64,000 nt of DNA from Pirellulales bacterium (GTDB lineage Bacteria; Planctomycetota; Planctomycetia; Pirellulales; PALSA-1355): contig CAVTBU010000007.1 of assembly GCA_963733035.1 (NCBI GenBank), positions 384,001 through 448,000 of the forward strand, given 5' to 3'. A model generated the notes under the pieces. That model was not told the origin of the DNA and searched no databases. It was given only the letters and a program-made list of their open reading frames with translations. Of this stretch, positions 1-9,996 are shown in pieces (within the stretch, counting starts at the first letter, position 1; every line of letters begins with the position of its first letter). A program made the translations under genes and the position numbers.

Positions 1-211
1 CCACGAATCGATCAAAGTCCGCATCGCCACGCTTTTCTGTTGCGTTGTCGTTCAAGGCTTCATTGGCAGCAGCTTTATCCTCATCTTGATCAAAGTTCCA
101 GCCGCGTGGGTTGTCGGTGTTGCCCCAACTATACGTATGTTTAAGCGTGCCGTCTGGATTTGTCGTAAATATGAAGCTATGGCTCAGCTTATTGTAATTC
201 CATCTTCGCTC
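1..211 (-). pseudogene. 5'-truncated reading frame running off the window (ERRWNYNKLSHSFIFTTNPDGTLKHTYSWGNTDNPRGWNFDQDED...); possibly a polymorphic-toxin/Rhs-type C-terminal domain cut by IS256
   Basis: Stop-free minus-strand frame of ~70 codons that starts abruptly at the IS256 end. It has lower GC and lies next to a toxin-immunity pair. The family call is from recall only. Confidence 0.4.
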
Positions 212-1617
212 GGATTGAGCAACCGTTTTTCTGTAAAAGCTTCGGGAGCTTGTTTGGGGTGGGCTAGTTGGTTTCCAGGTTGAGGTAGATTTTTCCGGTT
301 TCCCAGTCTTCGCTGGTTTCTTGGAGGATGGCGGTGACGAGCCGCAGGAGCGAGGCCTCGTTGGGGAACAGCGTGGCGACGCGGGTGCGGCGTTTGATTT
401 CTTCGTTGAGGCGCTCCAGCGGATTGCTCGTGCGCAGCCGGCGGCGATGTTCGGCCGGCAAGGCGAACACGGTCAGTCCTTCGGGCACATTGGCTTCCAG
501 CCAGGTGGCCAGCTTCGGCGCGGTGGTCTGGTACTTCTGAACCAGCACGTCCAGTTGCCGCTCGGCCTCGCCGCGATCGGGCGCGTCCCACACGCCGCGC
601 AGATCGCGAGCCACCTCGCGCCGCATCGGCAGTTTCGGCACGTAGTGCAGCGCGTTTTGCATCAGGTGGAACTGGCAGCGTTGCCAAGGGACGCTGGGGA
701 AGCAAGCCCGGCGTGCCTGGCCCAGCCCGGCGTGATCGTCGCTGGTGATCAGCCGCACGCCGTGCAGACCGCGGTCGATGAGCGAGGAGAGGAACGAACG
801 CCAGTGCACCTCGGCCTCGGAGAGCGAGACGCTGACTCCCAGGATCGAACGCCGGCCATCGGGCGTGACACCGATCGCGATCAGCACCGCGCAATCGACG
901 ACGCTGCCGCCGTGGCGAACTTTTTCGTAACGGGCATCGAGGATCAGGTACGGCGTCGCGCCCAGCGGCCGCTTGCGCCAAATCTCCAGCTCGGCATCGA
1001 GCTGCTCGGCCGCCCGGCTGACCTGCATGCTGGAGACCTCACAGCCGCACAACTCGCGGGTGATCTCGGCCACCTTGCGCGTCGAGACGCCTTGCACGTA
1101 CATCTCGGCCAGGGCCAGCTTCAAGGCCCGTTCGCTGCGTTCGCCGCGTTCGAGCGCCGACGGGTAGAACTCGACGCCACGGGTTTGGGGCACCTGCAAG
1201 TGTAACTTGCCGAGACGGCTGGTGATGGTCTTGGGCTTGAAGCCGTTGGCATAACCGAGTCGCGTTTCGGTGCGTTCATAAGGGGAGGCGCCCAGCACCG
1301 CGGAGCGTTCGAGCTTCATCGCTTCGTTGAACAGGGTTTCGAGTGCCTGAGCCATGCCTTCGAATCCGTGCTCGGCCAGGAGGTGGACAACTTCGTCGCG
1401 GGCGTTAGATTGATCGTGGTGGGCCATGGGGGCGAACTCCTTTCGTTTTGCGTAGAGAACAAAATCAAAAGGAAACCACCTTGGCCCACCCCTTTCAAGC
1501 TCGTCGCCGCGTGTGAGGCCTGGCTCCGCTTCGGCTCGCTGACGCTCGCCTTCGCTCCGCCAAGCCTCACACGCGAATTCCTTGAGTGCTGTTTACAGAA
1601 GAAACGTTACACCAACC
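212..1617 (-). mobile_element. IS256-family insertion sequence
   Basis: Imperfect 26-bp terminal inverted repeats: GGATTGAGCAACCGTTTTTCTGTAAA (212-237) and the reverse complement of 1592-1617, GGTTGGTGTAACGTTTCTTCTGTAAA (19/26 identical). They enclose a Mutator-type transposase. No target-site duplication is visible. Confidence 0.88.
264..1427 (-). CDS. IS256-family DDE transposase
   Basis: 387 aa with motifs EMYVQGVSTRKV, YLILDARYEKVR, LITSDDHAGL, WQRCQFH and RTSNPLERLNEEIKRR. Confidence 0.96.
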   Translation of the reverse strand: MAHHDQSNARDEVVHLLAEHGFEGMAQALETLFNEAMKLERSAVLGASPYERTETRLGYANGFKPKTITSRLGKLHLQVPQTRGVEFYPSALERGERSERALKLALAEMYVQGVSTRKVAEITRELCGCEVSSMQVSRAAEQLDAELEIWRKRPLGATPYLILDARYEKVRHGGSVVDCAVLIAIGVTPDGRRSILGVSVSLSEAEVHWRSFLSSLIDRGLHGVRLITSDDHAGLGQARRACFPSVPWQRCQFHLMQNALHYVPKLPMRREVARDLRGVWDAPDRGEAERQLDVLVQKYQTTAPKLATWLEANVPEGLTVFALPAEHRRRLRTSNPLERLNEEIKRRTRVATLFPNEASLLRLVTAILQETSEDWETGKIYLNLETN

Positions 1618-1722
1618 CCACTTTTTGTGGGGAAGTCCACAAGAACCGGTTATTGTCCACCAATTCGTTCGTCAATGCAGCCCACTTCTTGCGTTCCAGC
1701 TCTCTCGTACAATCGCAACTCC

Positions 1723-2706
1723 CTACATTTTAGCGTTTTCATCTGCGTCTGCTCGTCCCTGCTTCGCCTGTGCTTCGCGAGCTTTCCGGGCCGCTACTTC
1801 GGCAGCCATCTTCCGCTGGTACTCACCGCTGTCGGTTGACCATGACCGCCATCGTTCAAGGTCCTCTTGAGCGACTTTTATCGACTCACCATGAGTTTCG
1901 AGCCAGCGGATGAGAGCATCGTAGTCTGCATTCTGCCGTGGTGTCCACGCTGAGCTTTTGTAAGGATTCGTCTTATATGTAATCAACAAGTGAATAAGGC
2001 GCTGATTGCTGTTGAAGGTGCATATTGTGTGATCAGCGCCGGCCTCCAGTAGCGTCAATGCGATGTCAAATTGTCCACCCCATCCAGCAGCAAGCATCGT
2101 GGGTGTTGTGTAACTTGCGCTGAGGTGATTGATATCCGCACCCTTGTCGATCAGGAGTCGAATTCGTTGTTTTTTGTCTGGCGACTGTGACCTAATTACG
2201 GCAAAGATGGGCGCGTCACCTTTCCATAGAGCCTTAGTTTCCTGCTCGATGTTCGGGTCACCGCCATGGGCAAATACCGCATCGAAATACCCGGGAAATG
2301 TAGTTCCACTCGCTAGCCAAGTCACTGACGTTCCCGACATGATCACACCGCGGGTTCCAAAGTCGTCTTCAACGATGACATTGGGATTGGCGCCGTGCTC
2401 CAGCAGCTTCTTGAATCGTCCCAACTGGTTGTCCGGAAAGGCCCACAACAGCGGGGTCATCTTTCCTTTGCCCTGGGCGTTGATGTCGGCGCCGGCCGCG
2501 ATCAGCCGGTCCATCTCGGCCAGGTCATTGGTCTCAATGGCGCGACAGAGTGCGATCACTTGCGGATCGCTGAAGAAATCTTCGGCCTTCCATTCGAACT
2601 TTTCGTGCCAGGTGGACTTGGGCAACACTTTTTTCACCTGCTGGCAACCAAGAAGCAAGGGAAGGACGGCGACACAGAGGTTAACGCAACAGGAACAGTG
2701 GAACAT
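1723..2706 (-). CDS. Ankyrin-repeat lipoprotein, putative immunity/accessory protein for the adjacent phospholipase (PhlB/YplB-like)
   Basis: Lipobox LLGC after a hydrophobic stretch, and ankyrin-type repeats (GADINAQGKGKMTPLLWA, LLEHGANPN, LLEAGAD). Starts ~20 bp downstream of the lipase stop. Confidence 0.78.
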   Translation of the reverse strand: MFHCSCCVNLCVAVLPLLLGCQQVKKVLPKSTWHEKFEWKAEDFFSDPQVIALCRAIETNDLAEMDRLIAAGADINAQGKGKMTPLLWAFPDNQLGRFKKLLEHGANPNVIVEDDFGTRGVIMSGTSVTWLASGTTFPGYFDAVFAHGGDPNIEQETKALWKGDAPIFAVIRSQSPDKKQRIRLLIDKGADINHLSASYTTPTMLAAGWGGQFDIALTLLEAGADHTICTFNSNQRLIHLLITYKTNPYKSSAWTPRQNADYDALIRWLETHGESIKVAQEDLERWRSWSTDSGEYQRKMAAEVAARKAREAQAKQGRADADENAKM

Positions 2707-2728
2707 CAGTTCACCCAAGCGAGCATGT

Positions 2729-4054
2729 CTACCACGAGAAATAATTGTAGCCAAGCGCATCCACCACCAGCACTCCCAGAAAGTTTTCTTGAGCCAACAG
2801 GCCGTACGCTACCGTTTGCATAAAATGGGATTTCGTCATGGTGACGACCCCTTCGAGCGCTGGTACCACCGCAACCCAATACTGTTCGGCCAAAATCGAA
2901 GCCGTGAAAACCGTGATGTTGGCCGCCATGTCCAAATCGTAGGGCCCGTCAAGCGGAACCCGATGCCCAAGGGCGTCCGCGAATGCTGGCACAGCCTCGT
3001 GTACTACGTCTTGCATGGCGCTGATGATGTCCCAGTCCGTGTAGTATGCTTCAATTAGTGTCGCAGCATTGTTGTACCTTGCCAGCGAGCCAGCGTATAG
3101 TTCGACGTAGCCTCCTTGTCCGTTCGGAATTGGATCGTCGTTGGCATTGCGCACATAAAGTGTGTCGATATTCAAACCCGCCGCGTTGAATGTGTCGGCC
3201 CTGAAACCGCCGACAACCGCAGCGGCGCTGGCCAATCCACCACCGAGCGAATGGCCAGTAATGGTTAGTGCGCCATTTTGGAACTTCAGCACTTGACCAA
3301 GAGCAAAGCCGACCTCCATTGCCGCGTTGTACTGCGGCGCGGACCAGCCGAGCCCTTGAGCGATGTTGTTTTGCCAATCATCCCATTCTAGTTGCGCCAA
3401 ATCGTCGTCGGTACCGGCAAATGCCAGGATGTACCGGTGCTCGCCGGCGACAAAATCCCGGTAAACGGCGGCCCTAAATCCTGGCACGCCGCTGTTGCCC
3501 GCGGGATTGAGGAGCGTCGCCGTTGCCTGAGGCACGCCGAGAGCAATCAAATCTGCCGGCTGGAGAAGTTTCAACCCGAAGTCCGGAAGGTCTGTCGGGG
3601 CGTATATGTTCCACGCGGCGACCGCATCGCGTACTTCCCGCCGCGTTTGCAATTGATACAAGAAAGAGTCCGGACGGACAACTTCGTATTTGACGGAATC
3701 CGATCCCAAGGAATTTCCATTGACGACAACCGTTGCGGTGATGAAGTCGTTCGGCCGGTGGTTCTGCTGGATTCCGCCTAGGGTGGTGAATGCAAGTTTC
3801 TGCGTGACGACTCCTTCTGCGAATACCAGGATTTCTCCCGTAGTCGGGTCATAGCCTAGGTCTTGGAGGGAATATGCGTTACCACCAAGAATGCGGTTTC
3901 CACCTTGATCGATGGTTGCCGGGTTGCGGGCGTCATCCGCCACTCCGGTGTTCCAAAAAGCGACCGAACCAGAGTCTGCGCCGAACGGAATGCTGAACCT
4001 CACCTTTATCGCCGGATCTGTAGCATTGAGCCCAGGCGTCAGATGCAAGATCAT
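2729..4054 (-). CDS. Alpha/beta-hydrolase lipase/phospholipase A1-like effector (PhlA/YplA/DUF2974-like), probably the C-terminal part of a larger protein
   Basis: GHSLGGGLA nucleophile elbow, plus ILAFAGTD, DWQNNIAQGLG and TFNAAGL motifs. No signal peptide or RBS is evident. Confidence 0.8.
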   Translation of the reverse strand: MILHLTPGLNATDPAIKVRFSIPFGADSGSVAFWNTGVADDARNPATIDQGGNRILGGNAYSLQDLGYDPTTGEILVFAEGVVTQKLAFTTLGGIQQNHRPNDFITATVVVNGNSLGSDSVKYEVVRPDSFLYQLQTRREVRDAVAAWNIYAPTDLPDFGLKLLQPADLIALGVPQATATLLNPAGNSGVPGFRAAVYRDFVAGEHRYILAFAGTDDDLAQLEWDDWQNNIAQGLGWSAPQYNAAMEVGFALGQVLKFQNGALTITGHSLGGGLASAAAVVGGFRADTFNAAGLNIDTLYVRNANDDPIPNGQGGYVELYAGSLARYNNAATLIEAYYTDWDIISAMQDVVHEAVPAFADALGHRVPLDGPYDLDMAANITVFTASILAEQYWVAVVPALEGVVTMTKSHFMQTVAYGLLAQENFLGVLVVDALGYNYFSW

Positions 4055-4070
4055 AGGCGTCTTTGGGGAG

Positions 4071-4096
4071 AAATTAAAGGGGACGCGAACCTTTTT
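4071..4096. repeat. REP-like imperfect palindrome AAATTAAAGGGGACGCGAACCTTTTT
   Basis: AAAGG...CCTTT arms located at the edge of the low-GC toxin cassette. It is single-copy in this window. Confidence 0.35.
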
Positions 4097-4819
4097 CTGT
4101 TTGTCGGGTCACTTACGAATCGCTAGGCCGGTCGGGATCCGTTGGGCCGGGTGAGCGGCTGCTGTGGCAGAAGGAGGGAGGGAGGGAAAGGACAGCGGCA
4201 CGCCCGCCAGGCGTCTTACGGACGGGCACCGATTTGCATTTTAACGCATTATCTCCCTAGATGAGGACTTTGACCTTTTCAAGGGCCGTAACTTTTCTCG
4301 CCGGTCCGACCCTTCTCACCCGCATTTTTCTGCCGTGCGTCGCGATGGAAGCCTCTTTGCGACTTTGCCTCTTTCAATCGAGCCAGCCGTTGGGCTAGCC
4401 TACGGTCGGCAAATTCTGGACAGCGGCCGCGCGGAGGACCGTCATGTTTCATATCGGGCAAAATGCGAAAGCTGCGGGCTGCGACATGTGTCATTTATCA
4501 GGTTACAAAAGGCGAAAAGAAAAGTGCGCGCAACTTTCATCCCGAAAAAAGGCCACTCGAAAACTTTGCGAATTCCGAACCGGGCCAACGGGCTGCCAAG
4601 CGAGCCCGTCGGCGTTCGACTCAGGCGGGACTCGAAACGCCGAAGAAATGTCGCGCCCGCTCGCACGCTTGAAACCGGACCAACCCATATCGCATAACAA
4701 GTGCTCACAATCGCCCAGCACCCCCCTGCCCCTTGCCCGGCGCCTGCCAATCTGGCACCATAAGTCGTCTATTTCCAGGACTGGCTATTCAACTCCCCCT
4801 TTGGCGAGAACCACGACCG

Positions 4820-6133
4820 ATGGCTGCTGCTTTTCCCAACGTTGAGAAAATCCGCTTCGAGGGCCCCCAGAGCAAAAACATGCTCGCTTTCCACCACTAC
4901 GATGAGAACGAAATCGTCGAGGGAAAGCCGATGAAGGAGCATTTCCGCTTTGCCGTTGCCTATTGGCACACCTTCCGCGGCCAGGGAGCCGACCCGTTCG
5001 GGCCGGGCACGATGGTGCGGCCTTGGGAAGCCGCCGAAGACACGGTCGCCAACGCCCGGAATCGCGTGAAGGTGGCCTTCGAGTTCATGGAGAAGCTCGG
5101 CGTTCACTTCTACTGCTTCCACGACCGCGACGTGGCGCCCGAGGGCAAGACGCTGGCCGAGTCGAACAAGAACCTCGACGAAGTCGTGAAGGTGCTCAAA
5201 GAGGAGCAGAAGCGCACCGGCATCAAGCTGCTGTGGGGCACCGCCAACCTGTTCAGCAACCCCCGCTACATGCACGGCGCCGCCACCAGTCCCAACGCCG
5301 ACGCCTTTGCCTATGCCGCGGCGCAGGTAAAGAAGGCGATCGAAGTGACCAAGGAGTTGGGCGGCGTCGGCTACACCTTCTGGGGCGGCCGCGAAGGCTA
5401 CCAGAACTTGTGGAACACCGACATGAAGCGCGAGTTCGATCACCTGGCGGCCTTCATGCACATGGCCGTCGACCATGCCAAGCAGATCGGCTTCGACGGG
5501 CAGTTTTACTTCGAACCCAAACCGAAGGAACCGACCAAGCATCAGTACGACTTCGACGTGGCCAACTGCATCAACTTCCTGCGCACCTACGGCCTGACCG
5601 ACCACGTGAAGATGAACATCGAAACCAACCACGCCACGCTGGCCGGCCACACGATGCAGCACGAAATCGAGTACGCCGGCGCGCAGGGCTTTCTGGGATC
5701 GATCGACGCCAACACGGGCGACTTGCTTTTGGGTTGGGACACCGATCAGTTTCCCACCGACATTTACCTGACCACCACCTGCATGCTTTCGATCTTGAAA
5801 TTCGGCGGTCTCTCGCCCGGCGGCATCAACTTCGACGCCAAGGTGCGGCGCGAAAGCTTCGAGCCGGTCGATCTGTTCCACGCCCACATCGGCGGCATGG
5901 ACGCCTTTGCCCGCGGCCTGAAGACGGCGGCCGCGATTCGCAAAGACGGCATCCTCGACAAAATGCTGGCCGATCGCTACAGCTCGTGGGGAACCGGCAT
6001 CGGCGAGCGGATCGAGGCGGGCAAGGAGGATTTCGCCTCGCTCGAAAAATACATGCTCGAAAAGGGTGAAATCACGCCCAATGTCAGCGGTCGGCAAGAG
6101 CTGCTGGAGAATATCATCAACACGTACATCTGA
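4820..6133 (+). CDS. xylA: Xylose isomerase (class II)
   Basis: Motifs [47 protein letters not shown] and GWDTDQFP. Confidence 0.97.
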   Translation: MAAAFPNVEKIRFEGPQSKNMLAFHHYDENEIVEGKPMKEHFRFAVAYWHTFRGQGADPFGPGTMVRPWEAAEDTVANARNRVKVAFEFMEKLGVHFYCFHDRDVAPEGKTLAESNKNLDEVVKVLKEEQKRTGIKLLWGTANLFSNPRYMHGAATSPNADAFAYAAAQVKKAIEVTKELGGVGYTFWGGREGYQNLWNTDMKREFDHLAAFMHMAVDHAKQIGFDGQFYFEPKPKEPTKHQYDFDVANCINFLRTYGLTDHVKMNIETNHATLAGHTMQHEIEYAGAQGFLGSIDANTGDLLLGWDTDQFPTDIYLTTTCMLSILKFGGLSPGGINFDAKVRRESFEPVDLFHAHIGGMDAFARGLKTAAAIRKDGILDKMLADRYSSWGTGIGERIEAGKEDFASLEKYMLEKGEITPNVSGRQELLENIINTYI

Positions 6134-6522
6134 CCGCGTCCCCTGTTGCGAACCGCGCGGCCGCGGCAATTTCAGATGGCGGCATTCGCCGTCGCACGAA
6201 CGCACGGCAATCGCTCGCGAAGGCGGAACTTCGTCGTTGCCGTTCGACATCCTCCCCACGGGGCGGCCTCGCGCGCGTGTCGGCGCCGTTTTTGTGCGCC
6301 TTGGAAAATCGCAGCTGAAGATCGAGTTTTCGCTTGGTTTTGTACGTTCAGCTTTTCTGATATCGCGCTGGGCCGGATATCGCGAGGCCTGCCCCTTTTT
6401 GATGCAGCTAGCGACCTCGCGCGGCTGCGTCCCCGCGCAACGCGCAGCGACGCGCAAGGACTTGCGCGATTGTGTGCCTGGCTTCAGCGGGCCGTTAGAA
6501 GTTCGTGTCGCTGCTTGTCGGC

Positions 6523-6538
6523 TGGCACAGTCCTTGCA
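6523..6538 (+). promoter_or_regulatory. Sigma-54 (-24/-12) promoter
   Basis: TGGCACAGTCCTTGCA, with correct GG-N10-GC spacing, ~80 bp upstream of the HAD-IIA gene. Confidence 0.7.
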
Positions 6539-6617
6539 AGTATGAATGCCGTGCTGGTTCAACATCCCTGGCAAGAGAACTCAGCATTCGTTTTTTTCAC
6601 CCAAGGACCTGCGTTTT

Positions 6618-7421
6618 ATGCGACACGGATTTTTGATTGACATGGATGGCGTGATCTATCGCGGCGGCCAACTCATACCCGGAGCGGCTGAGTTCATCGC
6701 CCAATTGCAAAACCAAGGAACCCCCTTCGCGTTCCTAACCAATAATAGTCAACGTACGCGTCGCGACGTGGCCACCCGACTCGAGCGGATGGGCATCGAC
6801 GTCGACGAGCAACACGTCTTCACCTGCGCCATGGCCACGGCGCGGTTTTTGGCCCAACAACTGCCCGAGGGAACGGCCTACGTGATCGGCGAGGGAGGCC
6901 TGTTGCAAGCACTGCATCAGAACGGCTACTCGATCGTCGACCACGATCCGGACTACGTCGTGGTCGGTGAGGGGCGGGTGCTCACCTTCGAGATGCTCGA
7001 AGCGGCCACGCGGATGATCCTCGCCGGTGCGAAGCTGATCGCCACGAATCTCGACCCCAACTGCCCCACGCAATACGGCATGCGCCCCGGCTGCGGCGCG
7101 ATCGTCGCCATGCTCGAAGCGGCGACCGGGCTGAAGGCCTTTAGCGTCGGCAAACCCAGCCCGGTCATGATGCGAGCCGCCCGCAAAGAGCTGGGCCTCT
7201 CGACGGCCGAAACCACGATCATCGGCGACACGATGGAGACCGACATCCTGGGTGGCGTCGAGATGGGTTACCGCACCGTGCTGGTCCTCTCCGGCGGCAC
7301 CAAGCGCGAGGACCTGGCCCACTACGCCTATCGCCCCGACGTGGTCGTCGACTCGATCGCCGACCTGGTCGGCATGGAGCCGGCGATGATTGGCGAACCC
7401 ATCGTGGCCGGGGCAGTCTGA
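6618..7421 (+). CDS. HAD-IIA family hydrolase (NagD-like)
   Basis: Motifs LIDMDGVIY, LTNNS, GKPSP and IGDTMETDILGG. Confidence 0.92.
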   Translation: MRHGFLIDMDGVIYRGGQLIPGAAEFIAQLQNQGTPFAFLTNNSQRTRRDVATRLERMGIDVDEQHVFTCAMATARFLAQQLPEGTAYVIGEGGLLQALHQNGYSIVDHDPDYVVVGEGRVLTFEMLEAATRMILAGAKLIATNLDPNCPTQYGMRPGCGAIVAMLEAATGLKAFSVGKPSPVMMRAARKELGLSTAETTIIGDTMETDILGGVEMGYRTVLVLSGGTKREDLAHYAYRPDVVVDSIADLVGMEPAMIGEPIVAGAV

Positions 7422-7442
7422 ATGCGATGCGCACGCTGACTG

Positions 7443-8111
7443 TCAATAGTTGAACGCCACGCCGCGCTCGTGCAGATCGCTCGCGAGTTGCGCCGTGGTG
7501 GTGTATTGCACGGCGTCGAAGCCGGCTGCCTTGGCTCCGGCGACGTGGCCGGCCACGTCGTCGACAAAGAAGATCTCCTCGGGGGGCAGGCCGGCCAACT
7601 TGGCGGCTCCGGCGAAGATCTTTGGCGATGGTTTGCAGGCGCCCAGTTCGTAGCTCAACGCGTAGATTTCGAATCCCTTGTTGAGTAGCGCGTATTGCCC
7701 GCGACAGTAGCTCCAATGCCCGGGACAGGTGTTCGACAGGATGCCCAGGCGATAGCCGGCGGCAATCAACGCGCCAACGAGCGGATAGATGGACGTGTTG
7801 GGAGAAAAAATGGCGCTGCCGGCCAGTAGCAAGGCGTCGAAGTTGGGGCGGGAGTCGGTCTGGCGGCAAAAGATTTCGTAGAACTCGCGATCGCCGATTT
7901 CGCCGGCCTCATACCGCAGCTCCAAGTCCGTGGCGAAAACCGTGTCCCACACCCGCTGTTCGGAAACCCCGGCCACCGCCGCCATCTGCCGCGCGGCCAG
8001 GTGGTGATCGAACCTGAGAATCACGTTGCCGAGATCGAAGTAGAAAAACTTGGTGCGGGCAAGCGTGGGGCGGTGGGCAATGGGAGCAACTTCGAGCGCT
8101 TGGCTGGTCAT
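7443..8111 (-). CDS. HAD-IA family phosphatase
   Basis: Motifs FDLGNVI, ILSNT, KPSPKIF and FFVDD. Confidence 0.88.
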   Translation of the reverse strand: MTSQALEVAPIAHRPTLARTKFFYFDLGNVILRFDHHLAARQMAAVAGVSEQRVWDTVFATDLELRYEAGEIGDREFYEIFCRQTDSRPNFDALLLAGSAIFSPNTSIYPLVGALIAAGYRLGILSNTCPGHWSYCRGQYALLNKGFEIYALSYELGACKPSPKIFAGAAKLAGLPPEEIFFVDDVAGHVAGAKAAGFDAVQYTTTAQLASDLHERGVAFNY

Positions 8112-8119
8112 ATCGGGTT

Positions 8120-8743
8120 CTAAAGTTTCTTGATGCGGACGTCTTTGTACCAGGCTTCGCTCGGCGGCCCGCCGTGGATTTGCAGGCCGATCAGTCCCTT
8201 GCGTTCGATGGCATCGTCCGGTTCGTGGTAGTCGACCGTCTGCCGGCCGTTGATCCAAAGCTGGATGTGCTCGCCCTGGCAGCGAATCGTGTAGTCATTC
8301 CACTCGTCGCGTTTGAGAACTTCACTAATAACTGTTTTGTCGGCGGCCGCCAGAATCTTGTTGCGGCGTGATTCGTCATACAGCGACCCCCAGTAGCCGT
8401 CGCCCAGGTCGGCCTGGTAACCGCGCACTTCGTGGTGATTCGGGATTCTGCGGCTGCGGATTTGCACGCCCGCGTTGGCTCCCTGGCCGAGCACCTTGAA
8501 CTTCAGCCTCAATTCAAAGTCGCCGAACTCACTCGTGGTACAGAGGAATTCGTTGCGCGGGATCTTGGCTTCGAGCGTGCCCCCGACGACCGCGCCGTCT
8601 TCGATCCGAAAATGGTCGAGATTCCCTTCCCAACCGGCAAACGACCGGCCATCGAACAGCGGTACGAAACCCGACTCATCGTCGGCCACGGCGACGCCGG
8701 CCAGCGCGGCCGCCAGCAAGCAGCCAACTAACAAGGTTTTCAT
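8120..8743 (-). CDS. DUF1080 (3-keto-disaccharide hydrolase-like) secreted protein
   Basis: Signal peptide; motifs LFDGRSFAGW, NAGVQIRS, GYQAD and GLIGLQIHGG. Confidence 0.88.
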   Translation of the reverse strand: MKTLLVGCLLAAALAGVAVADDESGFVPLFDGRSFAGWEGNLDHFRIEDGAVVGGTLEAKIPRNEFLCTTSEFGDFELRLKFKVLGQGANAGVQIRSRRIPNHHEVRGYQADLGDGYWGSLYDESRRNKILAAADKTVISEVLKRDEWNDYTIRCQGEHIQLWINGRQTVDYHEPDDAIERKGLIGLQIHGGPPSEAWYKDVRIKKL

Positions 8744-8946
8744 TGTTGCTCTCTCGTGGATGACGGCGCGAGCTTCCGGCCTGGTGATCCAATAGTTCGT
8801 TTGCCAGCATATCTGCCGATCGGACGGCTCGCCAGGGCTCACGCCCCCCCTGCCCTGTCGGCGGCCGCGACTGGTCAGCGACATTTAATCGTCCTAAGAT
8901 GACGGCACCAGGAATAAAACATCCCGTCGCACCAAGGACAATGGTC

Positions 8947-9438
8947 ATGAGCACGATTGCCGTCCTGACAAAAAGCTATGAATTCAACCGGGCTCGCACG
9001 CTGGCGACACTCGACGAGATCGAAAAGCTGCCGGATCCTCAAGCTGCCCTGGCCTACCGTTTGGCCCCCGGGCGGGCACACATCGCCTGGCAGCTTGCGC
9101 ACATCGGAGTCACGGAAGACATTTTCGCGAACGAACGGTTGGTGCCGGAGCGCCCCGGGCGGTTCGGCGAGTTGTGGCCGCGGTTTCGCGGCGGCAGCCA
9201 GGCGGATGACCAGGTGCCCACGCTCGCGGAGCTTCGCGAAATCCTCTCGGAAAGCCGCGTACAACTGCTGGCTACCCTCGCCACGTTCAGCGATGACCAA
9301 TTGGACCAGGTTCCTCCACCGCTGGCCGAAAAGCAGTGGACGATTCTGACTGTGCTGCACATTGTCGGTTGGCACGAGGCACACCACCAAGGCCAGGCCC
9401 ACGCGATCCTCAATGCGTTCAAAGCGCATAAATTGTAG
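8947..9438 (+). CDS. DinB-family protein
   Basis: Metal-binding His motifs HIAWQLAHI and WHEAHHQGQ. Confidence 0.8.
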   Translation: MSTIAVLTKSYEFNRARTLATLDEIEKLPDPQAALAYRLAPGRAHIAWQLAHIGVTEDIFANERLVPERPGRFGELWPRFRGGSQADDQVPTLAELREILSESRVQLLATLATFSDDQLDQVPPPLAEKQWTILTVLHIVGWHEAHHQGQAHAILNAFKAHKL

Positions 9439-9458
9439 CGGCGCGGCACAAAGCTGAA

Positions 9459-9488
9459 TTGACGCCAGGATTCGGTCGCGAGTACAGT
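9459..9488 (+). promoter_or_regulatory. Candidate sigma-70 promoter for the uORF-DUF1559 transcript
   Basis: TTGACG-N18-TACAGT. Confidence 0.45.
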
Positions 9489-9524
9489 GAGGAGGTTGAA
9501 TTCTTCGGTTTGGACCGATTGTCC

Positions 9525-9911
9525 ATGCATTGCGCCACACGCCCACGTCTGACCACGCTCATGGTATTGGCCGCCTATTTGGCCGCCCATACCCTTGGTG
9601 CGCTCTTGCACGAGCGGTTGCACGTTCATGCCGCCGGTGATGTCTGTTGTCATGCTCATGACCACAATCATGGGCACGCGTATGAGACCGAAGCCTCGAC
9701 CCCCGAAGGCAACCTGGCCTCGAAGGGAGCACTGCACGATCACGATTGTGTTGTCTGTCGAGTCACGGGTCAGCCGGTCGTTCCAGCCGTTGCGGCTGAC
9801 TTCGACATGGTCGCGGACGTTCGTCCCGACGCCCTCCCCTGCCCTGCCGCCGCGCCCCGTTCGCTCGCGGTGCGGATCGCTCAATCGCGGGCCCCTCCCC
9901 TCGCCGTCTAA
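9525..9911 (+). CDS. His-rich CxxC/RAPP upstream ORF (DUF2946/CruR-like putative ribosome-arrest leader)
   Basis: N-terminal hydrophobic segment, His tract, HDHDCVVC, and C-terminal QSRAPPLAV*. Confidence 0.75.
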   Translation: MHCATRPRLTTLMVLAAYLAAHTLGALLHERLHVHAAGDVCCHAHDHNHGHAYETEASTPEGNLASKGALHDHDCVVCRVTGQPVVPAVAADFDMVADVRPDALPCPAAAPRSLAVRIAQSRAPPLAV

Positions 9912-9996
9912 CGGCGTTTGATTGGTCACTCCGCCGGTGCTGCGCGCTTTGAGATTGCGCACCGTCGGCAACCTTTGACTAGGGAGGTACCAGGCT

